Shown: in pieces, positions 1 through 10,211 of the stretch | Numbering within the stretch: the stretch's first letter is position 1 | Layout: each line of letters begins with the position of its first letter | Assembly (NCBI GenBank): GCA_910579535.1 | Contig: CAJTUR010000001.1 | Location: 26,587 to 90,586, forward strand | From: an uncultured Bacilli bacterium | GTDB lineage: Bacteria; Bacillota_I; Bacilli_A; RF39; UBA660 | DNA: 64,000 bases | Direction of reading: 5' to 3' | Program-made: the position numbers and the translations under genes | Notes under the pieces: generated by a model | The model's database searches: none | Seen by the model: only the letters and a program-made list of their open reading frames with translations | Told to the model about the DNA's origin: nothing

Positions 1-1004
1 TGTAATTCTGAAGTTGGATTAAATTCAAAATTGCTAACTGTTAAAGTATTATTCATTGTATTATCCTCACTTTTTTCTACATAATCGTCTAATATTTCAA
101 CTGGTGTTGCTAATGGCGTTGTCTCTTGATTAAATATATCTATTTTTTCTTCTTCAGCGGAAACATTCATATTAGCTTCTTCGTCTTCTAGAAAATTAAA
201 AAATTTATTAGGCATTTTTTCAGGAGGTTCTGGTATGACAAAAGTGGTTTTGTGTTCTTCTTGTTTTCCACCTTCTGGAATTAAAAAACTAGCAACGTCA
301 TGTGGTTCACGTGTTCTATTAATATCTTCAGCATTATTCATAATGTTTTCAATATCTGGGTTGATGTTTACTAAAGGAATAATATCGTCTTCCATTACTT
401 CTCCACTTTTTATTTTTTTCAATTCAATTTCTAAATCTCTAACATTTAGTCGTTCATTAATAATTTTCTGAAGCCATTTTTTCTGATCATCTTTAGTTAA
501 AGATATTAAAGATCTAGCATGACGTTCAGATATCTGTTCATTAATTAATGCTTCTTGAACTTCTTCATCAAGTTCTAATAATTTTAATTTATCCGCAATG
601 GCTATTTGAGAAACTCCCATTTTGCTTGAGAGTTGTTCTTGTGTCAAATATCCTCTATCTAAAAGATTTTTTAAAGATTTAGCTTCTTCGATCACTGAAA
701 GATTCTTTCTTTGAATATTTTCTGAAAGAGCGACTTCAGCTGTTTGTTCTTCATTCATTTCTGATAAAATAACTGGAACCGTTTGGAGTCCTGCTTGCAT
801 CGCCGCTTTATAACGTCTTTCTCCCGCAATAATCTCATATTTGTCATTTTGTTTTCTTACAATTAGGGGTTGAATAATCCCAAATTGCTTGATAGATTCC
901 GCAAGTTCGCTTAAACCTTCCTCTTCAAAATTTACTCTTGGTTGATAGCGATTTGGAATTATATCTTTTACTGATACTTCTAGGATGTTTTTATCCATAT
1001 TCAT
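1..1004 (-). CDS. parB: ParB/Noc-family chromosome partitioning protein; 3' end runs off the window start, long acidic C-terminal extension
   Basis: Minus-strand translation from ATG at 1004 (RBS aaagggg 9 nt upstream): MNMDKNILEVSVKDIIPNRYQPRVNFEEEGLSELAESIKQFGIIQPLIVRK..IIAGERRYKAAMQAGLQTVPVI, then an HTH region. No stop inside the window, so it is absent from the ORF track. Position directly downstream of rsmG matches noc/parB synteny. Confidence 0.8.
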   Translation of the reverse strand, partial: MNMDKNILEVSVKDIIPNRYQPRVNFEEEGLSELAESIKQFGIIQPLIVRKQNDKYEIIAGERRYKAAMQAGLQTVPVILSEMNEEQTAEVALSENIQRKNLSVIEEAKSLKNLLDRGYLTQEQLSSKMGVSQIAIADKLKLLELDEEVQEALINEQISERHARSLISLTKDDQKKWLQKIINERLNVRDLEIELKKIKSGEVMEDDIIPLVNINPDIENIMNNAEDINRTREPHDVASFLIPEGGKQEEHKTTFVIPEPPEKMPNKFFNFLEDEEANMNVSAEEEKIDIFNQETTPLATPVEILDDYVEKSEDNTMNNTLTVSNFEFNPTSEL

Positions 1005-1039
1005 ACTTTTCAGCCCCTTTATCTTATTTCTAATATAAC

Positions 1040-1762
1040 CTATTTAGAATTATTTTTCAATGTTTTTTTTAGAATTTTATCATAAGATCTAGGGTAGGTG
1101 AGTGGAGTCTTTTCCTTATGTTTAATAATTAAGATAGTTCTTTGGCTCATTTCAACAGGTAAAAGATACTTTTCAATTGATTCAATTTGACCTCCTAAAA
1201 TTTCTATTGTTTCTTTGGAGTTTTCTAATTCAGTTGTTATGTTTGCTTTAAGAGGAAGAAATAGACCTCCTATTTTTAAAGCTGGAAGAGAAAGTTCTGA
1301 TAGGATTCTTAAATCCGCTACTGCGCGCGATGTGACTAAATCAAAAGTTTCTAAATTATTTTTTACATAGACTTCTGCACGAGCATGTATTAATTCTACG
1401 TTTTTTAAATCAAGTTTTTTAACTAGTTCTTCTAGAAATTTAATTTTTTTATTATTGGAGTCTAATAAAATAAAATGAGTTTCTGGATTTAACAAAGCTA
1501 AAACACATCCTGGAAAGCCAGCACCTGTTCCTATATCTAATATCCTTTGTTTTGGCTTAATGTAAGGATTTAATACAAGAGAATCGTAAAAATGTTTTAA
1601 ATATATCTCTTTTTTTTCTTTTATAGCGGTTAAGTTCGTATGTTCATTGTATTTTATTAAAAAATCAGCGTAAACGTCTAATTGTTTCTGTTGGTTTTCA
1701 TTTATTTCAATTTCTATTTTTTTTAATTCTTCTACCAATTCTTCTTTATTCATTTTTACCAT
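1040..1762 (-). CDS. rsmG: 16S rRNA (guanine527-N7)-methyltransferase RsmG (GidB)
   Basis: 240-aa ORF with a SAM-binding DIGTGAGFPG motif; downstream of mnmG as in the conserved oriC operon. Confidence 0.9.
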   Translation of the reverse strand: MVKMNKEELVEELKKIEIEINENQQKQLDVYADFLIKYNEHTNLTAIKEKKEIYLKHFYDSLVLNPYIKPKQRILDIGTGAGFPGCVLALLNPETHFILLDSNNKKIKFLEELVKKLDLKNVELIHARAEVYVKNNLETFDLVTSRAVADLRILSELSLPALKIGGLFLPLKANITTELENSKETIEILGGQIESIEKYLLPVEMSQRTILIIKHKEKTPLTYPRSYDKILKKTLKNNSK

Positions 1763-3611
1763 ATTCTTTCTTTAAATAAATCGCTAATATAGAAAGATCA
1801 CTTGGATTGACCCCACTAATTCTTGAAGCCTGGGCTAAGGTTAAGGGTCGAACGATTTCTAATTTTTGACGAGCTTCACTGGCTAAATTTTTTACATTTT
1901 GGTAATCGATATCTTTAGGTATTTGTTTTTCTTCTAATTTCAACATTTTTTCTATTTCTTTTTCTGTTTTTTTTATGTAACCTTCATATTTTATTTCTAT
2001 ACTTACAATTTCCTTTATATCATTAGAAAAGGGAAAGGTAAGAAAATGAGACAAAAAGTCTATCGTTATTTCAGGACGTTTTAATAAATCAAATAAAGTG
2101 GGTTTATTTAAAGGTATGGAGAAATGATGTGATTCAAATTCCTTTTTGACGTCTTCATTTATTTCTAATTTTGTTTCTTTTAAAAAATCATTTAACGCTT
2201 TTATTTCTTTTTCTACTTTTTGATAAGTGACCCACATTTCTTCGGTAATGGTTCCTAAGTGATAGCCATATTTTCTTAAACGAAGTAAGGCGTTATCATG
2301 TCGAAGAATTAATCGATATTCTGCTCTAGAGGTCAACATACGGTAGGGTTCTTTGGTTCCTTTTGTGACTAAGTCGTCAATTAGAACGCCAAGATAAGAT
2401 TCATTTCTTTTTAATATTAGGGGTTCTTGTCCTCTTAATTTTTGTACCGCGTTGATTCCCGCTAATAAACCTTGCCCAGCTGCTTCTTCATAACCACTGG
2501 TTCCATTTATTTGTCCTGCTGTAAAAAGATTTTCAATGATTTTCGTTTCTAAAGAAGGTTTTAATTCAAGTGGATCAATGGCGTCGTATTCTATTGCATA
2601 GGCGTACTTAGTGATTTTAGCGTTTTCTAAACCTCTTAAACTATGAACCATTTTCTCTTGTATCTCCTCAGGCATACTGGTTGAAAAACCTTGTAAATAC
2701 CATTCATCATAAGAAAGACTTTCTGGTTCTAAAAAAAGTTGATGTCTTTCTTTATCATTGAAACGTACGATTTTATCTTCAATGGATGGACAATATCTTG
2801 GACCTATACCTGTGACGTAACCCCCATACATACTGGATTTGTCTAAATTATCTAAAATAAGCTTATGAGTGGTTTCATTTGTATAAAGGAGATAACATTT
2901 TTGTTGTTCTTTGGGATTATAAATAGGGGCTAAGTCATGAGAAAAAGAATAGGGAAGTTCATCTCCATGTTCTTCTTGCATTTTTGAAAAATCAATGGAA
3001 CTGGCTTTAATTCTCGGTGGAGTACCTGTTTTTAATCTTTGTATGGTAAAACCTAATCGTTTTAAATTGTTACTTAAAAAGTTACTTCTCGCTTCACCAT
3101 GAGGACCACCTTCTATGTTTTTATCACCTCTTAAAATATTACTTTTTAAGTAGGTTCCTGTTGTTAATATTAAAGTTTCACCTTCTATTTTTTCCTGATT
3201 AGATAAAACAATACCTTTTATTTTATTTTCTTCTGTTAAGAGATCTTCTACCATTCCTTCTTTGATTTCAAGGTTAGGTGTATTTTGTAAAGCATTTAGC
3301 ATGTTTTTAGGATACGTTATTTTATCTGCTTGACAGCGAAGGCATCTTACTGCTGGACCTTTTTTGCTGTTTAGCATTTTCATTTGAAAATGAGATTGAT
3401 CTGCAATTCTCCCCATTAGTCCCCCTAAAGCATCAATGTCTCTTACAATGACACCTTTAGCGGTTCCACCAATCGAAGGGTTACATGGCATGTCCGCAAT
3501 ATTGTTTATATTCATGGTAATTAAAAGCGTTTTTTTCCCCATGAAGGCGGTTATGTGTGCGGCTTCACATCCAGCATGTCCTCCTCCAACCACTATACAA
3601 TCGTATTTCAT
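1746..3611 (-). CDS. mnmG: tRNA uridine 5-carboxymethylaminomethyl modification enzyme MnmG (GidA)
   Basis: 621-aa ORF with an N-terminal FAD motif (DCIVVGGGHAGCEAA); conserved position. Confidence 0.95.
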   Translation of the reverse strand: MKYDCIVVGGGHAGCEAAHITAFMGKKTLLITMNINNIADMPCNPSIGGTAKGVIVRDIDALGGLMGRIADQSHFQMKMLNSKKGPAVRCLRCQADKITYPKNMLNALQNTPNLEIKEGMVEDLLTEENKIKGIVLSNQEKIEGETLILTTGTYLKSNILRGDKNIEGGPHGEARSNFLSNNLKRLGFTIQRLKTGTPPRIKASSIDFSKMQEEHGDELPYSFSHDLAPIYNPKEQQKCYLLYTNETTHKLILDNLDKSSMYGGYVTGIGPRYCPSIEDKIVRFNDKERHQLFLEPESLSYDEWYLQGFSTSMPEEIQEKMVHSLRGLENAKITKYAYAIEYDAIDPLELKPSLETKIIENLFTAGQINGTSGYEEAAGQGLLAGINAVQKLRGQEPLILKRNESYLGVLIDDLVTKGTKEPYRMLTSRAEYRLILRHDNALLRLRKYGYHLGTITEEMWVTYQKVEKEIKALNDFLKETKLEINEDVKKEFESHHFSIPLNKPTLFDLLKRPEITIDFLSHFLTFPFSNDIKEIVSIEIKYEGYIKKTEKEIEKMLKLEEKQIPKDIDYQNVKNLASEARQKLEIVRPLTLAQASRISGVNPSDLSILAIYLKKEYGKNE

Positions 3612-4135
3612 TTTTCTTCACCTATTTCTTTTTCATAATAAATATAAGTTCCAGGGTAATCGTCATAATTAAAGGTCCCTTTTTCTATATAATTTAATTT
3701 TTTAAAAAAGTGATTCATTTTTAAATTCCTTTTTTCGGTATCCGCTTTTAAGACTTTAATCTTTTCTTTTTTAGCTTTTTGTTCGGCAAATTGAAAGAGG
3801 CTACTCGCAAAACCTTGATTTTGACAAGATTTTTTAATAGCCAAACGATGAAGAATAAAAGCCTCTTTTTTACTATTTTCAATTAGGTCATCGTATTCTC
3901 TTGTATCTTTTTCAATAACAATAAATCCCTTAATTTTATCTTTTTCTTTATAAACAAATAAGTTTCCTTTTTCAATATCATTTGGGATTTTACATTCTGG
4001 ATAATTCTCTTCACTCCATTGAGGGTTATTGTTTTCATCCATTTCTAATTTTGATTCATCGATAATGGCTAGGATTTCTCTTATATCGTTTTTTTGGGCT
4101 TTTTCAATCATTTTTATTCCTACTTTCCTAAGCAA
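3608..4135 (-). CDS. GNAT-family N-acetyltransferase (alternative start at 4111)
   Basis: 175-aa ORF; HRLAIKKSCQNQGFASSLF matches the acetyl-CoA binding motif A of GNATs; sits between mnmE and mnmG. Confidence 0.7.
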   Translation of the reverse strand: MLRKVGIKMIEKAQKNDIREILAIIDESKLEMDENNNPQWSEENYPECKIPNDIEKGNLFVYKEKDKIKGFIVIEKDTREYDDLIENSKKEAFILHRLAIKKSCQNQGFASSLFQFAEQKAKKEKIKVLKADTEKRNLKMNHFFKKLNYIEKGTFNYDDYPGTYIYYEKEIGEEK

Positions 4136-5469
4136 AAATTTTTAAAGAGTTTATCAATTAATTCATCTTCATAACATTCTCCAATGAGCTTTCCTAGATT
4201 ATCAAAAGCATTTCTTAAATGAATTTCTATCATATCGATTGGAATACTCTTTTCGATGTCTAGTAATGCTTCTTCAATTTGCTTAAGGGATTTTGATACT
4301 AGGTCTATTTGTCGGGCATTAGATAAATAAGTTAAGTCTTTTAAAGCAATTTGATCTAATTGATACATTTCTATTATTTTTTCTTTCAAAGCTTCCATTC
4401 CATCTAAAGTCATGGTGTTTCCAAATACGACGGTTTTACCTTTAGGAAGGTTTATGTGCGATTCTAAATCGTTTTTATTAATAAATAAGATATGTGTTTT
4501 TTCTTTTACTTTTTCTAATAATGCTAAATCGTCGTCATTCAATTTTTCATTATTATTTAAAACTAAAATTACTAAATCTGATTTTTCAAGCATTTCTTTA
4601 CTTTTATCTATTCCGATTTTTTCGACGTAATCATTTGCTTCTCTAATTCCAGCGGTGTCAATTAAATTAATTTCAATCCCATTTAAATTCATTTTTCCTT
4701 CAATCACATCTCTAGTTGTGCCTGATATATCAGTAACAATGGCTTTTTCTTCATTTAATAAAGCATTTAAAATACTACTTTTTCCTACATTAGGTCTTCC
4801 TACTAAAGCTACATCGATTCCATTACGAATGATTTCTCCAATGCTAGCGTTTTTTAATAAAATTTCTAAATCATTTTTTATTTTATCTAATTCTTTATTT
4901 AAGTAGTCTTGTGTGACTTCTATCGCATCTTCATATTCTGGGTAATCAATGTTTACAGCTATATTTGCTATAAGATTTAAAAGTGTTTCTCTTATTTTTT
5001 TTACTATTGTACCCAATCTTCCGTTGACACCATTTAACGCTAATGTACGCTGCTTGTCACTCTTTGACATAATTAAATCGCTGACGGATTCAGCTTCAAT
5101 TAGATCAATTCGCCCATTTAAAAAAGCTCTTTTAGTAAATTCTCCAGGCTCAGCTAAGCGTGCTCCATTTTTTAATAGTAATTCTAAAACTTTATTGGTT
5201 GTTGCTATGCCTCCATGACAATTTATTTCAACAATATCTTCAGTAGTATACGTTTTTGGAGCTAACATGACGCTTATTAATACTTCATCTATTAAGTTTT
5301 CATTTTCTTTTATAAAACCATAATGGATGGTATGTGAGTCAACTTTCATTAAATCTGGCCCATTAAACAGTTTATTGGTAATCGAGAGTGCTTCTTTTCC
5401 ACTTAATCGGACGATGGAAATGGCTCCTGTTCCAACTGATGTGGATATTGCCGCTATGGTCTCCTCCAT
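4120..5469 (-). CDS. mnmE: tRNA modification GTPase MnmE (TrmE); start taken at the internal Met (MEETIAAISTSVG); the longest ORF extends to 5502
   Basis: GTPase motifs GRPNVGKSS and DTAGIR; C-terminal CLGK typical of MnmE. Confidence 0.9.
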   Translation of the reverse strand: MEETIAAISTSVGTGAISIVRLSGKEALSITNKLFNGPDLMKVDSHTIHYGFIKENENLIDEVLISVMLAPKTYTTEDIVEINCHGGIATTNKVLELLLKNGARLAEPGEFTKRAFLNGRIDLIEAESVSDLIMSKSDKQRTLALNGVNGRLGTIVKKIRETLLNLIANIAVNIDYPEYEDAIEVTQDYLNKELDKIKNDLEILLKNASIGEIIRNGIDVALVGRPNVGKSSILNALLNEEKAIVTDISGTTRDVIEGKMNLNGIEINLIDTAGIREANDYVEKIGIDKSKEMLEKSDLVILVLNNNEKLNDDDLALLEKVKEKTHILFINKNDLESHINLPKGKTVVFGNTMTLDGMEALKEKIIEMYQLDQIALKDLTYLSNARQIDLVSKSLKQIEEALLDIEKSIPIDMIEIHLRNAFDNLGKLIGECYEDELIDKLFKNFCLGK

Positions 5470-5688
5470 TTTTATCACTTCTTTTCTCGTGTATTGTATC
5501 AAATTGAGGCTTTTTAGTCTATCCTTTTTCTTTTATGAAAGAAAAAAACAATTTTAACACTGTTTTTTAGATTTTTAAACTTAACATTTTTTTTAATTCA
5601 TTTTAGTTTTTCCATTAAATTTAAAAAATTCAAGATATAGGCTCATTTCTTCGTTCATTTCAGTTCTCCTCTAACTATAAAAACCTAC

Positions 5689-6297
5689 TTACTCAGTAGG
5701 TTTGATAATGACATGACGATTAGGTTCTTCTCCTTCGCTTAACGTTTTAATTCCCTTAAAGTTTGTTAAGGCATTATGAATAATTCTTCTTTCAAAGGAA
5801 TTCATATTTTCTAATGATGCTTCTACTTTGGTACTTCTCACTTCTCGAGCAGTCTTTTTCGCTAATCTTTCTAAATTTTCAGTTCTTTTTAATTTATAAT
5901 TTTCTATATCTAAATTTAGTTTAATAAAGCAATTGTATTCTTGATTGATTTTTTGTTTTGCTAATATTTCTAAAGCTTTTAAAGTTTCACCATTTTTTCC
6001 AATTAATAAGCCACTTTTATCTGTATACATATTTATGTTAATTGTTTTATCGCGAATGTTCGATTCAAAATTCACATCGATTCCTAAATTTGTGATTACT
6101 TGAAAAAGAAACTTTTTTAGTAATTCTACTACATGTACTCGTGTGGTGGCTTTAATACTATAACTTGTTGATTTAAAAAGACTTCCTTTTTCTTCAGTAA
6201 TGTTATAAATTATTTCTTCTTCATTCGCATTTAATGCTTTCATTGCTTTTAAAATCGCTTCTTGTTTTGATTTAGCTTCTAAGACTACTTCATTCAT
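5689..6297 (-). CDS. jag: Jag/KhpB RNA-binding protein (KH + R3H domains)
   Basis: 202 aa; GIDV..IDKT KH-like and C-terminal R3H region; conserved position after yidC. Confidence 0.8.
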   Translation of the reverse strand: MNEVVLEAKSKQEAILKAMKALNANEEEIIYNITEEKGSLFKSTSYSIKATTRVHVVELLKKFLFQVITNLGIDVNFESNIRDKTININMYTDKSGLLIGKNGETLKALEILAKQKINQEYNCFIKLNLDIENYKLKRTENLERLAKKTAREVRSTKVEASLENMNSFERRIIHNALTNFKGIKTLSEGEEPNRHVIIKPTE

Positions 6298-6299
6298 TT

Positions 6300-7301
6300 T
6301 TATTTACCTCTTTTCTTATTTTCCTTTTTATCTTTACTTTTTACTGGTTTAATTAAATTGGATTTTTTCTCATTTATTTTTTTAAAGATAAAATTTTGAA
6401 GAACAACAAACCCATTGGTAACCACCCAATATAGAGCTATTGCTGTAGGTAAACTAAATGACGCAATGGAAATCATAACAATCATAAAGATTAAAGTAAA
6501 TCGCATCTGACTTTCTATTGCGCTGTTGACGCTTTGATTTTTCATTGAATTTTTAAATGAAAAATAAGTTGTTCCTACTATCAAGATAATTAATAGTATA
6601 TAAACGTATTTTCCTTGACTAATTCCTACCCAAGGTGTCATGCCTAGTTTCATACCCAGTAAACTGTCTTCAAAAATAGCTGGAACACGATTAATAGCTT
6701 GAAGAAAGGCAAAGAATAGGGGTAATTGAATAAAAGCAAGTAAACATCCAGATACAGGATTGATTTTATATTTTTTATAGATCAACATGGTTTCTTGACT
6801 TTTCATCATCATGGCATCTGAGTCTGTACGTCCCATATATTTCTTTTCAATTTTTTGAATTTCAGGAGCAGCTTTTTTCATATTCTCTGATTGATCCATT
6901 GTTTTTTTAGAAAATGGTAAAAGAATTAATCGAATACCCATTCCTATTAACATAACAGAAATACCAAAGTTTTTTATTAATATTCCTAATTTTAAGATGA
7001 TATACGCTAAGGGTTTTACAAATAGAGATTCCCATAAACTTTTGTATTTTATATCACTAGGTTTAAATGCTTCACAGGAAGGAAGGTCTTCAAGTTTTAT
7101 TGTTAACTGATCATTGTATTTTTCATAGACTTCATAAAGTTTTTGTTCTCTTGGTTTACAAAGAATATTATTTTGAAGACTTTGACCTGTTTCTTCAAAA
7201 GTAACAATATTCTTATCCTCTTTTAAGTAAGTTTTATTTCCACAGCCTGTTGTTAATAATAAAATACTGATTGTTAATACCGCTATTTTTTTTATTTTCA
7301 T
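6300..7301 (-). CDS. yidC: Membrane protein insertase YidC/OxaA/SpoIIIJ (lipoprotein type)
   Basis: 333 aa; lipobox LLTTGC; multi-pass hydrophobic core; conserved position between rnpA and jag. Confidence 0.85.
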   Translation of the reverse strand: MKIKKIAVLTISILLLTTGCGNKTYLKEDKNIVTFEETGQSLQNNILCKPREQKLYEVYEKYNDQLTIKLEDLPSCEAFKPSDIKYKSLWESLFVKPLAYIILKLGILIKNFGISVMLIGMGIRLILLPFSKKTMDQSENMKKAAPEIQKIEKKYMGRTDSDAMMMKSQETMLIYKKYKINPVSGCLLAFIQLPLFFAFLQAINRVPAIFEDSLLGMKLGMTPWVGISQGKYVYILLIILIVGTTYFSFKNSMKNQSVNSAIESQMRFTLIFMIVMISIASFSLPTAIALYWVVTNGFVVLQNFIFKKINEKKSNLIKPVKSKDKKENKKRGK

Positions 7302-7609
7302 TTTATCTCCTCTATTAATTGTATTAGATTGATTTTCATTTCTTGAAAATTAATTTCTAAACAATTTCTTTTTATCATTATAATATAATCTCTTCCTTTT
7401 GGAAAGGTTTCTTTTATATTATCAATTAAAGCTCTTACTTGTCTTTTTAATTTATTTCTGACTACTGCGTTACCTACTTTTTTACTAATCGCCAGGCCAA
7501 ATTTTATTTCACTGTCTTTTCTTTTCCTTATATATATAGTGTAGTAATTATTTTTAAAAAATCGGGCGTTATTTATGATAGAATTAAAGTCTTTTTTTTC
7601 TTTGACCAT
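7298..7609 (-). CDS. rnpA: RNase P protein component RnpA (start at internal ATG 7609; the longest ORF begins at 7663)
   Basis: Contains the FGLAISKKVGNAVVRNKLKRQVR RnpA signature; an N-terminal length comparable to B. subtilis RnpA favours the internal start. Confidence 0.8.
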   Translation of the reverse strand: MVKEKKDFNSIINNARFFKNNYYTIYIRKRKDSEIKFGLAISKKVGNAVVRNKLKRQVRALIDNIKETFPKGRDYIIMIKRNCLEINFQEMKINLIQLIEEIK

Positions 7610-7673
7610 TTCATATTTTTTTATAAAAATTCCTTCTTTCTTGATAGAAGCAAAAAAAACCACATATTGTGGC

Positions 7674-7799
7674 TTATTTGGTAATTAAATTTTTACGACC
7701 TTTTTTTCTTCTATTTTTTAATATTTTTGTTTCTTTACGAGCAAAAAAGCCATGTTTCTTTGCTTTTCTTCTTTTATTTGGTGTATAAGTACTAAACAT
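7674..7799 (-). CDS. rpmH: 50S ribosomal protein L34
   Basis: 41-aa ORF, MFSTYTPNKRRKAKKHGFFARKETKILKNRRKKGRKNLITK; below the ORF-track size cutoff; classical rpmH-rnpA arrangement. Confidence 0.85.
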   Translation of the reverse strand: MFSTYTPNKRRKAKKHGFFARKETKILKNRRKKGRKNLITK

Positions 7800-8464
7800 T
7801 TTTCTTCCTCCTTTAAATTTAAAAGCTTCCTTATTATAATATTAATATTTAAAAAAAGTCAAGAATTATTCTTTTCTTTCTAAATAGTTCTGATTTGTTT
7901 ATAAAATAAATTAGCAAACTTTTTTTAAAAAAGCTAGTTTTAATTGAGGGAAAAATTGTGTTTAAAATTGTTTTATAACAATAATGATTTATTTGATTCC
8001 ATTTAAGAAAAAGTGTTAAAAAATGAAGAAGTCTATGAAAAAATTAATTTATGAATATTAACTTATCAGAAGAAATTGATAAATTAAACCATTTTTTGTA
8101 TGATCAGAAAAAGAAAATTGAGGAATTTTATTGCAAATCATTTAGAGGGTGTGCTAATTATACTTGGAAAGTACTTTGTATACTGCAACAAATGAAAATG
8201 AAATTTTAGAGATTATACAAAATAAAACTGCTGCTTCTTATCACTATTTTTCTTTTTTGTTGATTTTGATATTAAACCTTTTCTTGACCAACAGCATTCC
8301 CTTAATAAAATTGTTAAGCCTTAATCTAACTATAGAAGAGAGTCCCTCTCTTTTTTTTATTTAAGTTATTAACCTCTACTTGTTTTTATTTTCTTTTTTT
8401 ACAATATAAATTTAAGAATTGTTTATTTTTTGTTAATAACTTTACTTGTTTTTTATACTTATAA

Positions 8465-8615
8465 ATCACTTTATTCACATTATTAACATCTCTGTTGATA
8501 ATTGTTATGCACATTGTTGATAAAAATTGTCGTATTTTTGTTAATAATGTTGATAAATGTCGTAAACTTAGTTAAAATAAGGTCAAATTATTGTTTATAA
8601 CTTGTTAATAAGTTG
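8465..8615. promoter_or_regulatory. oriC DnaA-box cluster upstream of dnaA
   Basis: At least seven 9-mers within 1 mismatch of TTATCCACA/TGTGGATAA: TTATTCACA at 8471, TGTTGATAA three times, TGTTAATAA twice, TGTTTATAA; in an AT-rich untranslated 0.9-kb rpmH-dnaA spacer. Confidence 0.6.
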
Positions 8616-8709
8616 TGTCTAATTGTTTTAATCTTTTCATTTAAATCAAATTGAGCTACAATGAAATTGGTTAGATGGTACAGAATGCGGGGTGAGGATT
8701 TTGGACGTC

Positions 8710-10092
8710 ATGGTTGATAACTTATGGAATAACTTCCTAGAAAATATGAAACTCGAAGTTAATTCGGCTTCTTATAACACTTGGTTTAAAGATTTAAAAT
8801 TATTAAAAATTGAACAGAACAATATGATTGTCCAAGTCCCTACAGATTTTCATAAAAAGTGGTTAAAAGACAATTATTATAGTCTAATTGAAGAAGTTCT
8901 CTCTAAACTTTCTGGGATTTCATACGATATTCAGTTTCTTTTGGAAGAAGAAATAGAAGAACTCATGGCCAAACCTGAACCTGTACCTATTGAAACGGTA
9001 GAACCTGAAGTTATTACAAAAGAAACGATTAATACTGAAGAAGTTTGGAATAGTAATTTAAAATCAGAATTAAACTTTGATAATTATATTGTAGGTGACA
9101 CCAATCGACTTGCTAAAATGGCTGGAATGGCTGTAGCGGAAGAACCGGGTAAAATACATAACCCTTTATTTATTTATGGTAAAAGTGGTCTTGGAAAAAC
9201 ACATCTCATGCACGCTATAGGGAATTTTATTACTGAACACACAAACAAAAGGGTTTTATATACAACCAGTGACATGTTTATGAATGACTATATTGGCATT
9301 GCTAATCAATCTAAGGGACAAAATACGATTGATTATGCTAATAACTTTAAAAAGAAATATCGAAATGTTGATGTCTTAATTATTGATGATATTCAATATT
9401 TAGTAGGAGCCGAAAAAACACAAGAGGAATTCTTTTATACCTTTAATGAACTTCATCGTTCCAATAAACAATTAATTATTAGTTCTGATCGAAGTCCTAA
9501 TGATTTAAAACTTCTGGAAGAAAGACTTAGAAGTCGGTTTATGTGGGGACTTCCTGTTAACATTTCACCGCCAGATTTTGATCTTCGTTGTCGAATTGTT
9601 AAACAGAAAATTTCGGGATTTAATATTGAAGCTAAAATCAATGAAGATGTTATTGAATTTATTGCCAACAGTTGTCCTAATGATGTTCGTTTTTTAACTG
9701 GAACTATTAATCGATTGATGGCTTATACAGCCATGATTGTTCCAAAAGTGATTGACCTTGAATTTGCTAATGAAGCTTTAAATGATTATGTTAATAAAAA
9801 CATTTACTCAGACAATACGATTGAAAATATTCAAAAAGTGGTGGCGGATTTTTATCATATTACAGTCGAGAATCTGAAAGGAAAAAGAAGAACTCAAAAT
9901 ATTGCGAATGCACGGCTTGTTGCTATGTATCTTTGTCAAATGTTAACAGAAGAAACGACTTCGAGAATTGGGTTAGAATTTGGCGGTAAAAACCATGCGA
10001 CAGTCATCCATGCTCGTAATAAAATAAGTAATTCTTTAAAAGTGGATAAAAAATTGGAGTTGGAGATTAATGAAATAAAAAGTAAATTGTGA
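8710..10092 (+). CDS. dnaA: Chromosomal replication initiator DnaA (ATG at 8710 preferred; the ORF track uses GTG at 8692)
   Basis: Walker A GKSGLGKTHL, AAA+ box, C-terminal DNA-binding domain; RBS GGTGAGGA upstream of 8710. Confidence 0.95.
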   Translation: MVDNLWNNFLENMKLEVNSASYNTWFKDLKLLKIEQNNMIVQVPTDFHKKWLKDNYYSLIEEVLSKLSGISYDIQFLLEEEIEELMAKPEPVPIETVEPEVITKETINTEEVWNSNLKSELNFDNYIVGDTNRLAKMAGMAVAEEPGKIHNPLFIYGKSGLGKTHLMHAIGNFITEHTNKRVLYTTSDMFMNDYIGIANQSKGQNTIDYANNFKKKYRNVDVLIIDDIQYLVGAEKTQEEFFYTFNELHRSNKQLIISSDRSPNDLKLLEERLRSRFMWGLPVNISPPDFDLRCRIVKQKISGFNIEAKINEDVIEFIANSCPNDVRFLTGTINRLMAYTAMIVPKVIDLEFANEALNDYVNKNIYSDNTIENIQKVVADFYHITVENLKGKRRTQNIANARLVAMYLCQMLTEETTSRIGLEFGGKNHATVIHARNKISNSLKVDKKLELEINEIKSKL

Positions 10093-10211
10093 AAATGTGA
10101 ATAATTATTCACAAGTTATTCTTGTCTCCATGCTAGAATATAAAAGAAAAAAAAGGGTTATAAACATTATCAACAGTATAATAATAAAAAAATAAGAAAG
10201 AAGGAACCAAA
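10093..10211. promoter_or_regulatory. dnaA-dnaN intergenic DnaA boxes and AT-rich DNA-unwinding-element candidate
   Basis: TTATTCACA (inverted GTGAATAAT) and TTATCAACA near-consensus boxes followed by a run of over 30 A/T. Confidence 0.5.

Noticed and set aside
235-471. 78-aa plus-strand ORF
   Set aside because: Lies antisense inside the ParB/Noc-like gene; low-complexity; no RBS.
3436-5557. Series of 70-90-aa plus-strand ORFs (3436, 4412, 4655, 4949, 5327)
   Set aside because: All antisense within mnmG/mnmE coding regions; typical AT-rich shadow ORFs.
8052-8364. Small ORFs in the rpmH-dnaA spacer (about 52 aa from 8052; 66 aa 8164-8364)
   Set aside because: Lie in the AT-rich oriC region; no RBS; low-complexity; more likely non-coding origin DNA.
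9453-9668. 71-aa minus-strand ORF
   Set aside because: Antisense inside dnaA.
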